Shown here one piece after another: positions 18,796-27,168 of a DNA stretch of 64,000 nucleotides (its first letter is position 1; every line of letters starts with the position of its first letter). Below the pieces are notes generated by a model. The model saw nothing but the letters and a program-made list of their open reading frames with translations. It was not told the origin of the DNA and made no database searches. Both the position numbers and the translations under genes were made by a program. Location: the IMG/VR virus record IMGVR_UViG_3300005289_000052, positions 1 through 64,000 of that record; one strand, 5' to 3'.

Positions 18796-19545
18796 TTAAA
18801 CGTCGTTGGAACCGGGTTCATCTTCCTCTTCTTCTTCTTCGTCTCCATCAGTGTTTCCATCGTCACCGTCGGAGCCGTCGCCTTCATCACCTTGGCCATC
18901 ACCGGCGTCTCCCTCACCACCGTCGCCAGCGCCCTCGGAGCCACCGTCATCGCCGCCAAGATCGTCAGCACCAGTATCATCACCAGTGCCATCGCCTTCA
19001 CCCGCGCCGTCCGCGCCCGTATCGCCGCCTGAGGTGTCGCCAGCTTGGTCACCGTCTGCTGCGCCACCGGCCGAGCCGTCGTCGTATCCACCATCACCGG
19101 AACCCTCTCCGCCTTCACCACCTTCACCGCCCTCGCCTTCTGGCAGGCCGGTACCTGGCTCGTTCACGCCTTCAGGACGTGGGTTCTTGTCATCCTCGGT
19201 CAGGACGAGTTGACCATCAGCCATGGATTGCTCCATCGACTTGACGATCATGTTCTTGGCTTCACCAACGGCGACAGGATCGCCGATACCAGCCAGAGGA
19301 ACACCACGGTCACGCAGCAACTCTACAGCCGCCAAGATCTCGTTCATTTCTTTGATTGCTTTGAGGACCAGGGGTTGGCCCATGGCGTCACCCGCGCCTT
19401 CGTCGCCGTCTTCTGCGGAAACGATTGGTGCGGAGTCAGTCTGATCGACAGCTTTCGGACCCATGGCAGCCAGTTGAGCGAAAACGGCTACGAGTTCACC
19501 GGCTTCCTGAGCACCCCGTACAAACAGAGATTGAATAAGGTTCAT
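18796..19545 (-). CDS. Acidic Gly/Asp/Glu-rich protein, probably a head/prohead component
   Basis: C-terminal ~100 aa almost entirely G/D/E/A; VSAED cleavage-like site; the overlapping Arg-rich and Ser/Pro-rich ORFs are shadows. Confidence 0.65.
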   Translation of the reverse strand: MNLIQSLFVRGAQEAGELVAVFAQLAAMGPKAVDQTDSAPIVSAEDGDEGAGDAMGQPLVLKAIKEMNEILAAVELLRDRGVPLAGIGDPVAVGEAKNMIVKSMEQSMADGQLVLTEDDKNPRPEGVNEPGTGLPEGEGGEGGEGGEGSGDGGYDDGSAGGAADGDQAGDTSGGDTGADGAGEGDGTGDDTGADDLGGDDGGSEGAGDGGEGDAGDGQGDEGDGSDGDDGNTDGDEEEEEEDEPGSNDV

Positions 19546-19673
19546 CAGTGTTACCTTTACAGTTGGTTACAAAGAGTGCCGCACCGCCCAAACCTTGGGT
19601 GGTAATGAGCGGCGTTTGACGCTACTACACCCTATATGGGAGACGAGCTTATCAAACCATACGGCACCCAAAC

Positions 19674-22136
19674 CTACTGAATTGTAACGTGCTGATTGTA
19701 TCGGGCTGGAAGTGTAACGTTGCTTGGGTCCATCACCAGAACCTCAGCATTGGTGAAAGAACCGTGACTAACGGCGTAGTGAGAGATCATAAAGACTTGA
19801 CTGAAACCTTTGGTCTCAACCAGATCCTTTACGAACAACATCACGTTCGCTTTGTGAGTCTCATCGAAGAAGTGACCCAACTCATCGAGGAACAGTGGGA
19901 ACTGATCCAGCCGTTTGTACAGCATCGCAACCAACATGAAGGCAAAGTCAATCATCTCCTTCTGACCCATGGAAGTCTTCATTACGTCAGGAGTAGGCCG
20001 CTCACCTTTCACAGAAACAGGGAAGCGATAATCCAACTCACCAGAGGACTCACCACACGGCAACACCTCCAAGCTGTAGGTCCACACGTTGTCAGTGACA
20101 GCGTTAATGTCTTTGGCCCACGACTTGATGAAGCCGATCATCTGTTCAGCAATGATACCGTCCTTAGGAGACAGTTCATCTGCGATAGCCTTAAAGATCT
20201 CGTGACGGGTTTGTGCATCAGCCCGAGAGATCTCCAAGTCGCTCAACAGATCCTCAATGGTCTTACGCTCACTGAGTTTGCTGTTCAGGAAGGCCAGACG
20301 AGATTGGTTAGTGCGGGTGATCTCTTGGATAGTGTCATCCCGAAGCTCCACCACGTAGTCCTTGAACGCCTCTTCCTTCTTCTGCGAACCTGCTTCCAGT
20401 TGACGCCCCAAGTCTTCCAACTGCGACGACTTCTGAACAATCACCTGCACTTCATCGTAATCACGACCCAACTTAATCAACTGCTCAGTAAGGGCCGCGA
20501 TCTTGTCAGAGTTCTGATCAATACGAGATTGCAACTCACCTTGACCGTTGGACTTCTTCATGGCCTCAACAGAGAGCTTGAGTTGTTCCAGACGACGGTT
20601 AGCCATCTCCCATTCAGAGTACGTCTCAGCATCCCGAGAGAATGCGTTGAACTTACGAATCCAACCTTTAGGGTCATTGTTGATCCCGTCGTGTTGGAGC
20701 ATGTCGTCCCAGAACGTACCCATGGTTGGGTTGTTAGCCACCAGCGCACGATAACGCTGATAGAAGTTGGAGAACTCCCCAGCCTCTTCCAGATACTTCT
20801 CACACACCTCCAGATCCAACAACGAGTCTTTTAGGCGTGCTTGGTACTGAGCCAAGTTTGCCTCTGCTGCCCGACGGATCTGCTCAGTGTTACCCGGCAG
20901 CCACTTGTGCTCGCAGTTGGGACATTCGTTGTGGTTAACCGTGGAGATATGTTCGAGGATGGATTCCTCTTTGGCGACCCGGTTCTGAAAGCCCTCAATT
21001 TCCTTTTTAAGGCTGGTTCGAGTATCCCGGTTGCCTTGTACCCGTTGCATGTTGAAACGCTTGTCAGAGTTGTCTGGGATGTCCCTGAACACCTCGGTGA
21101 CTTGCTCTCGTGCATTGTTGATGGCTTGGTTCAACGCAAGTCCATCTACCCCAACGATTTGCGGGTACTCAGTCATGCAACCGCGCAGGTACTCCGTCTT
21201 GCGGGTCAGGGAAGCCATTTCAATTTCAGCTTCTTCCAAAGAACCCACACCACCAGACTCTACAGCGGCTTTCAAACGTTGCAAGTCTTCCAGAGACTCA
21301 GTGGTCCATTGGATCGAATGCTTGACCAGCTCTTGCTCTTTCTGGATAGAGGTCAGGCGATCTTTGGCATGTTCCAACGAATGGAACTTACCAGCCACTG
21401 GATTACCCATATCCAAGATACGAGCAGCCATTCGACATTCCCAATCCAACATTTGCTGGATACGAGACTCGCCACCTGACAGATTACGGTTGGAACGGTT
21501 CAGGTACAGGATCTCCAGTTCTTGTTGGAGTTCCTCAGCCTCAGCAGCCCAAGCAACATAATCGTCACCCAAGGCCCGCAACTTGTTGGTCTCTGTCACC
21601 ATCCGGTCAGCCAGACCTTTGGAGTAACCCAAAGCGTCACGAGCAGAACGAGACATGTCGTTGAAGTAACCGACCACGAACGAGAAGTCAGTGTCGCACA
21701 ACAACGTGAACCATTTGCGACGTTCCGAAGTCGACATCTGCGAGAACTTGATTTGTCCTGTGATCAGTTCATGAATGTCATCGTCGTAACCAAACTCGAT
21801 CATCGCCAATTCACGACTGACGCTTTGAGTGCCACCCGGATTGAGTTCTTCCCCGTCTTTAACAAACGAGTGCTTACCAGCTTTGGTCTTGAAATTGGAA
21901 CTGATGACGTAGATGGAACCTTTGTGCTCCCACTTGGTTTCCTTGCTACCACCAGTCAAATAGTCTTTCGAGTCTGCCGGTAGCGGCGAGATCTCGTTCA
22001 CGATAGAACTCTTACCGCTGCCGTTAGTGCCCAGAATCAACTGGTACATCTGAGTCGGCTTAAACACGATGTGACGGATATTGGCTACCAGCATCAGCCG
22101 AATACATCCATCAATGGTCATCTCTAACAATCGCAT
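19674..22136 (-). CDS. sbcC: SbcC/Rad50-like SMC ATPase (phiKZ gp165-like)
   Basis: Walker A GTNGSGKS, coiled coils, zinc hook CPNC, signature variant TSMGQ, Walker B LFLDE, H-loop ISH. Confidence 0.9.
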   Translation of the reverse strand: MRLLEMTIDGCIRLMLVANIRHIVFKPTQMYQLILGTNGSGKSSIVNEISPLPADSKDYLTGGSKETKWEHKGSIYVISSNFKTKAGKHSFVKDGEELNPGGTQSVSRELAMIEFGYDDDIHELITGQIKFSQMSTSERRKWFTLLCDTDFSFVVGYFNDMSRSARDALGYSKGLADRMVTETNKLRALGDDYVAWAAEAEELQQELEILYLNRSNRNLSGGESRIQQMLDWECRMAARILDMGNPVAGKFHSLEHAKDRLTSIQKEQELVKHSIQWTTESLEDLQRLKAAVESGGVGSLEEAEIEMASLTRKTEYLRGCMTEYPQIVGVDGLALNQAINNAREQVTEVFRDIPDNSDKRFNMQRVQGNRDTRTSLKKEIEGFQNRVAKEESILEHISTVNHNECPNCEHKWLPGNTEQIRRAAEANLAQYQARLKDSLLDLEVCEKYLEEAGEFSNFYQRYRALVANNPTMGTFWDDMLQHDGINNDPKGWIRKFNAFSRDAETYSEWEMANRRLEQLKLSVEAMKKSNGQGELQSRIDQNSDKIAALTEQLIKLGRDYDEVQVIVQKSSQLEDLGRQLEAGSQKKEEAFKDYVVELRDDTIQEITRTNQSRLAFLNSKLSERKTIEDLLSDLEISRADAQTRHEIFKAIADELSPKDGIIAEQMIGFIKSWAKDINAVTDNVWTYSLEVLPCGESSGELDYRFPVSVKGERPTPDVMKTSMGQKEMIDFAFMLVAMLYKRLDQFPLFLDELGHFFDETHKANVMLFVKDLVETKGFSQVFMISHYAVSHGSFTNAEVLVMDPSNVTLPARYNQHVTIQ

Positions 22137-22229
22137 CCGTTTAGCCCCATCAAAAATTTACTCCACATACTCTAAAGACCCCGTGTGATAATTAACTTAT
22201 CCTCTGAATGCCCCTTACGGATTAAGACA

Positions 22230-22988
22230 ATGGACGCTACTTGCTTCAAGATCGTCTCCATTGGGATTGTGGCAGAGAATAAGTCCATGGTGAACATGGA
22301 TGGAAGCTGGAACCACGAGGTAGATGTAACTCCCATTGAAAGCATGAGCATGCTTGATGGGGAGATCAAGTCCAACCCAACCCAAGTAGAGAACAAAGGT
22401 GTCGATCGCACCGGCAAACAGTTCGGTAACTCGACCATCGTTGACCAAACAGTCAAAGCTACATGGTTGCCGCTCGGTACCAACCGAGTGACTTCCCCTG
22501 ACGTTCGTCGTGGTGAGCGTGTGTACCTCTGGCAGGCCGCTGACGACGATAAATACTACTGGACCATCTCTGGTCTGGATGATGACAAACGTCGCTTAGA
22601 AACGGTTGTCTTCGCGTTTAACGGCAGTCCTACCGAGGGAGGCCTGAACCTCGATAACTGTTATTACTTCGAAGTCTCCACCCACAACAAAACCATCACA
22701 CTGGAAACCAGTACGGCTAACGGTGAGTCACACAACTACACCATCCAGATCAACGCGGCTGAGTCGGTCATCACGATTCAAGACGACGCTGGTAACTACT
22801 TCCAGTTGGATAGTGAAGAACACAAACTGATTCTCCAGAACCAAGACCAGTCACACGTGATCTTGGACAAGACCCGTATCAGCATCAAGGCGCTCGATGA
22901 GATCGCTTTAGATGTGGGGGCGACTCAGGTCTCTCTTACTCCGGCTGGGACTATCTGGAAAACTCCAACCTTCAAGGGGTCTAGCTAA
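22230..22988 (+). CDS. Baseplate central spike (phiKZ gp164-like; gpV/gp5 OB-fold plus beta-helix)
   Basis: Start MDATC; P.V..GE.V OB-fold motif, beta-rich C-terminus, directly followed by PAAR. Confidence 0.75.
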   Translation: MDATCFKIVSIGIVAENKSMVNMDGSWNHEVDVTPIESMSMLDGEIKSNPTQVENKGVDRTGKQFGNSTIVDQTVKATWLPLGTNRVTSPDVRRGERVYLWQAADDDKYYWTISGLDDDKRRLETVVFAFNGSPTEGGLNLDNCYYFEVSTHNKTITLETSTANGESHNYTIQINAAESVITIQDDAGNYFQLDSEEHKLILQNQDQSHVILDKTRISIKALDEIALDVGATQVSLTPAGTIWKTPTFKGSS

Positions 22989-23251
22989 TGGGTGGTATTT
23001 CTCGAGTAGGTGTCAACTCCGCAGGTGGTGTCATCCAGGGGCCAGGAGAACCGACGTTCACCTTAGATGGTGCGGTGGTATCCGTTCTCAACGATGACGT
23101 CGCAGGACACGGCGTAGGCTCTCACGCAGGCCCTAAAATGGTGGAGGGGTCAGCGTGGATGAGTTGGAATGGTGTTCCGGTAGTTCGGGCTGGTAATAAA
23201 GCCTCGTGTGGTCACGAAGCAGACGGACATCCGACGTGGGACATTGAATGA
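22988..23251 (+). CDS. PAAR-like spike tip protein
   Basis: 87 aa; GH...H and NG.PVVRAG....CGH metal-binding pattern; overlaps the spike stop codon. Confidence 0.85.
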   Translation: MGGISRVGVNSAGGVIQGPGEPTFTLDGAVVSVLNDDVAGHGVGSHAGPKMVEGSAWMSWNGVPVVRAGNKASCGHEADGHPTWDIE

Positions 23252-23289
23252 CAGCATAAGGGGAGGCTCTGGGCCTCCCTCTATGCCGG
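23250..23289. terminator. Bidirectional hairpin with GCATA/TATGC flanks
   Basis: GACAGCATAAGGGGAGGC-TCTGG-GCCTCCCTCTATGCCG. Confidence 0.8.
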
Positions 23290-24534
23290 TTACAGGTCTG
23301 AACCAATTTTCAAGAAGTAAGCCTTCGAGTAACGGTTCGGGTAGTGACGATCTTGGGTCGGGTCGATAGAAACCCCTTCGGTCCAGTGAGTGGTCTCGAA
23401 GTTGTACTCAGGACGTCGGTTAGAACTCCCTGCCAGTACGTAGGTGTCGCCTTCACGCACAACCCAATAGGACATCAGCTCACCTTTGTCAATCACCACA
23501 GGCCAGAAAGGACGAGTCTTGGTGAAGTAACGGTCTGGGGTCTTGGAGACTTCCAGTTGCTCACGATCCACATAGATGTCGTTGTTGTTGATCACGACGA
23601 GGAAGGTTTGCGAAAGGGTGAACAGTTTGGTGATGACGTCATTGCTAAAGAACTCTTCCAGAGCAATCTGGTCGTAGTTCCCGTTCTTGATAGTCATCAG
23701 TGGACGAATCGACTCGAGGTTGATTCGCTTCTGTGCATGGAAGTACCACTCGACGAACACTTGGTTACGCAGATCGACAGAGAAGCTTTTCTCACCGATA
23801 CGTTTCAGTGCTCGACCCCAAGGTAGTAAGAAGCCCATAAAGGACAACATCACCGTCTTGTCGCTAAGGTCTTCCTCCACCGTGATGATGGTGTTGATCA
23901 GCAAGGAAGGATCACTACCGCCTGCTGCAATCATCTCAGTAGTAATCGGAATAGTCTTCACACCACCCACTGCTGAGAAGTTCAGGATGCCGACATGGTT
24001 GTCGTTACAGATCCGACCAGTCCTTCCGCCTTCTGGAATGTAGTTGGCTTCTGAGTCGTAGTCCACTCTGTGCAGTAACCCGTTAACTTCAACCAGACAG
24101 TTGTCATGGAAGTCTTTTGGTGACACGCCTTCACGCCACAGACGCAGGTCGTGTGCATCCGAGATCAGGTAGTCGTTACCATAAGCAACCCCTGGTGGCA
24201 CCGGAGCCAAACTGTAACCAGCAGCAATGGCGTCACGGTAGGTCACGTACTTCGGATTGATCTTGGGTACAGTCGTTGAGGTGGGTAGAGACTCATTCCC
24301 CAAACCTGCCAGCCACTGTTTAAGGGTGGTTCCTGGCATCACTTTGGTAATGCGACTGCGGACTTCATTGAGGTCCAAAGACAGGGGTTCTTCGTAGAGA
24401 GGAGAACTCAATACGAGGATTAAGTGGGAGTAGTCCGTCCAGAGTTTGAAGACGTCCATATCCGCCAAGTCTACTTGGGCCCAGCGACCCGTACGACCGC
24501 GCGTTCTGGCCAGCGTATAAAGGAGTGTGTACAT
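23290..24534 (-). CDS. Virion structural protein (phiKZ-like hypothetical)
   Basis: Start moved to MYTLL; ~414 aa; divergent from the fibre genes. Confidence 0.6.
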   Translation of the reverse strand: MYTLLYTLARTRGRTGRWAQVDLADMDVFKLWTDYSHLILVLSSPLYEEPLSLDLNEVRSRITKVMPGTTLKQWLAGLGNESLPTSTTVPKINPKYVTYRDAIAAGYSLAPVPPGVAYGNDYLISDAHDLRLWREGVSPKDFHDNCLVEVNGLLHRVDYDSEANYIPEGGRTGRICNDNHVGILNFSAVGGVKTIPITTEMIAAGGSDPSLLINTIITVEEDLSDKTVMLSFMGFLLPWGRALKRIGEKSFSVDLRNQVFVEWYFHAQKRINLESIRPLMTIKNGNYDQIALEEFFSNDVITKLFTLSQTFLVVINNNDIYVDREQLEVSKTPDRYFTKTRPFWPVVIDKGELMSYWVVREGDTYVLAGSSNRRPEYNFETTHWTEGVSIDPTQDRHYPNRYSKAYFLKIGSDL

Positions 24535-24637
24535 GGGCAAAATCTCTTGGAAGCCGGACCAGAGGCCGGGCAATAGTATGGTGCGTATTCTTTTACAGGC
24601 AACTATAACATTCGCTGTTTTCTGAGGAGTCAACGGT

Positions 24638-27160
24638 ATGGCCGCGACCTATACTTACCCATTTGACCCCACCGGTTCCGCGACTACGAACGCCGTTGCT
24701 AACGAGCGGCACGTACTGTCACCCCCGGCGTGGACAGACTTTTACTTCATCGTTCCGAAGTTTGCACCTTACTTTCGGGACTCGCTCCGGGTAATCCATC
24801 GTCCTTCCGGCAAGCTGTTGGTCGAAGGGCAAGATTACCACTGCACCCACTACTTCCACGCAGCGTCTCATGGCGTGGCTCGTCGGGTGTATGGTTCGAT
24901 CACGTTCTTGGACAAGACCCTCACCGGTGTTGCCGAGATCAGCTATCAGACCATCGGTGGCGACTGGATTCTGGATGCTTCGGCTGACCTCACCCGTCTG
25001 ACCAACACCCAGCTCAACCCGCGCATCACTACTTGGGAACAAGTGGTCGACGTGCCGTATCAATTCCCACCGATCGATCACGAGTGGAACCTCGAAGACC
25101 TCAAGGGCGTTGAAGCCATCCTCCCGATCCTGGAAGAGATGACCGAAGCGATCCGTGAGTCTGCTGGTAGCGACTTCGCGCTTCACATCAACGACAAGAA
25201 CAACCCTCACAACGTCACCAAGGCGCAAGTAGGGTTGGACCAAGTTCAGAACTTCCCATTGGCGAACATCTCCGAGGCGCAACAAGCCACGGTGAACACT
25301 CGCTACATGACGCCTGTTCGCACCAAGAACTTTGTCGACTTCTACGTTGTACCGTTGCTCGACGCCCACAAGAACGATCTGAACAACCCGCACTCCACTA
25401 CTAAGGCACAAGTCGGCCTGGGTAGCGTCCAGAACTACGGCATGGCAACTCAAGCCGAAGCCGAAGCTGGTTTGGTAGCTAACAAATACATGACCCCGCT
25501 GCAAACTAAGCAGGCGATTGAAGCGTTGGCGAATGCGGGACTTGCGACCCACATTGCAGACAAGTCGAACCCTCACGGAACCACGAAGGCTCAGGTTGGT
25601 CTGGCTCTGGTAGAAAACTTCCCATTGGCTACCGCTGCGGAGGCACAAGCTGCTTCTCGTAACGATCGCTACATGACTCCGTTGACTACTGCTTCGGCAA
25701 TCAACACGTTGGTTGGCGAGTCTCTGACTCTGCACATCAATGCCACCAACAACCCACACATGGTTAACAAAACCCAAGTGGGTCTGGGAAGTGTACTGAA
25801 CTACGGGATTGCTGCGGAAGCTGATGCTGCTGCCGGTACTCGTAACGACTTGTACATGACCCCGTTGATGACCAAGAAGGCTATCGAGTCTCTGGCCACT
25901 GGTTCCATCGCATCTCACTTGGCTGACGACCAAAACCCCCACGCCACTACCAAAGCTCAAGTAGGTTTGGGTAGCGTGCAGAACTTCCCAATCGCTAACG
26001 TGACGGAAGCTCAACAGGGTACGTCGAACATTCGCTATATGACCCCACTGTTGGTGGCCGCTGCGATTGAAGCCCGCGTTGGTGAGTCTGGTGTGGCTGC
26101 TCACATCAGTGACTACAACAACCCACACAGAGTGACTGCTGCACAAGTAGGTGCTCCAACTACCGCTGCGATGAACACTGCGCTGCTGAGTAAGCTGGAT
26201 GCAACTGCCCAAGCTAAAGACTCTGCTTTGCTGGCTGGTCAAACTGTAGATCAGATCATCGCTGCTGCTGGTGGTGTGAAAGCACCTGACTCGGCTAAAC
26301 TCGATGGCAAAACCTACAGCGAAGTACTCGCCGCTGCTGCCCTCCAGAAAGCTCCTGACAGCGCCAAGCTCGACGGTAAGACTCTGGCCGAAGTGATCGC
26401 ACAAGCGAACGCCGATGTTGGCAAGCAGGACGTCGCTGTCCAGTACATCTTCGAAGAGGTGTCTAACGACGCCGAAACGTGGGTGCGGTTGGGTCAAACC
26501 GGGTACACGCCTGAACAGTCCGTTACTGACGTGGTCTTGATGATCAGCGGTGCAACCCGTACTGACGGTACGCCGGAAGCAGCCAGCACGGTAATTGTTC
26601 GAATGGCGTCCCACGGTGGTTCTGGTGCTGCTGTCAACATCACCTCATCGGCCACTCCTTCGTACTCGTTGATTCGTCAGCAAATGCCAAACGCCACTGC
26701 TGCATTGTGGTTGAAAACGGCAGTAGGTTGCGGCCCTGTAAGTGTCACAGTACTGTCTGGTAAAGAGTTCTGGACCTACGACGTGGAAGCAGACAACGAC
26801 ATTGCAGCCCCTGTGGGTGGTGGCGTTACCATTCCTGTCAATAGCTACGCATCGTCCGGTCTCGTCCCACTGACTGCGGTGAATGAACAGGTCACGATCG
26901 GTGCCGGTACCGCTAAGTTCTACCGCCTGAACTCATTGGTTCCTGACATCACCAAGGTCAACGTCCCTGGTGCCAAAGTCGAGGTGCGGGTACTGGACCA
27001 AGTGGTTGGTTCTTCGACTAACGGTCGTTGGATTGACTCTGAGGCTCTGATCTTGACGTCGATTGCTACTGCAACCGCCAGTGACCAGCGCGTGTGGCTC
27101 AACAACCTCTCCGACAGTGCACTCACCGTGTACGTCCGTGTGGAGATTCCTCAATTCTAA
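24638..27160 (+). CDS. Tail-fibre-like protein 1 (phiKZ gp145/146 family)
   Basis: N-terminal YPFDPTG attachment domain; ~6 copies of H..D.NNPH.TTKAQVGL; three DSA.L.G.T repeats; beta-rich C-terminus. Confidence 0.8.
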   Translation: MAATYTYPFDPTGSATTNAVANERHVLSPPAWTDFYFIVPKFAPYFRDSLRVIHRPSGKLLVEGQDYHCTHYFHAASHGVARRVYGSITFLDKTLTGVAEISYQTIGGDWILDASADLTRLTNTQLNPRITTWEQVVDVPYQFPPIDHEWNLEDLKGVEAILPILEEMTEAIRESAGSDFALHINDKNNPHNVTKAQVGLDQVQNFPLANISEAQQATVNTRYMTPVRTKNFVDFYVVPLLDAHKNDLNNPHSTTKAQVGLGSVQNYGMATQAEAEAGLVANKYMTPLQTKQAIEALANAGLATHIADKSNPHGTTKAQVGLALVENFPLATAAEAQAASRNDRYMTPLTTASAINTLVGESLTLHINATNNPHMVNKTQVGLGSVLNYGIAAEADAAAGTRNDLYMTPLMTKKAIESLATGSIASHLADDQNPHATTKAQVGLGSVQNFPIANVTEAQQGTSNIRYMTPLLVAAAIEARVGESGVAAHISDYNNPHRVTAAQVGAPTTAAMNTALLSKLDATAQAKDSALLAGQTVDQIIAAAGGVKAPDSAKLDGKTYSEVLAAAALQKAPDSAKLDGKTLAEVIAQANADVGKQDVAVQYIFEEVSNDAETWVRLGQTGYTPEQSVTDVVLMISGATRTDGTPEAASTVIVRMASHGGSGAAVNITSSATPSYSLIRQQMPNATAALWLKTAVGCGPVSVTVLSGKEFWTYDVEADNDIAAPVGGGVTIPVNSYASSGLVPLTAVNEQVTIGAGTAKFYRLNSLVPDITKVNVPGAKVEVRVLDQVVGSSTNGRWIDSEALILTSIATATASDQRVWLNNLSDSALTVYVRVEIPQF
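25184..26160 (+). repeat. ~60-aa tandem repeats (5 full + 1 partial)
   Basis: Recurring NNPH.TTKAQVGL..V.N...YMTP. Confidence 0.85.
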
Positions 27161-27168
27161 GGTGAACC

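Noticed and set aside
18765-19244. Arg/His-rich and Ser/Pro-rich ORFs
   Set aside because: Alternative-frame or antisense readings of the Gly/Asp-rich tract
19689-21479. 381-aa and 212-aa + strand ORFs
   Set aside because: Antisense to sbcC
24719-26614. 631-aa - strand ORF
   Set aside because: Antisense to the repeat-rich fibre gene; explained by sense codon bias
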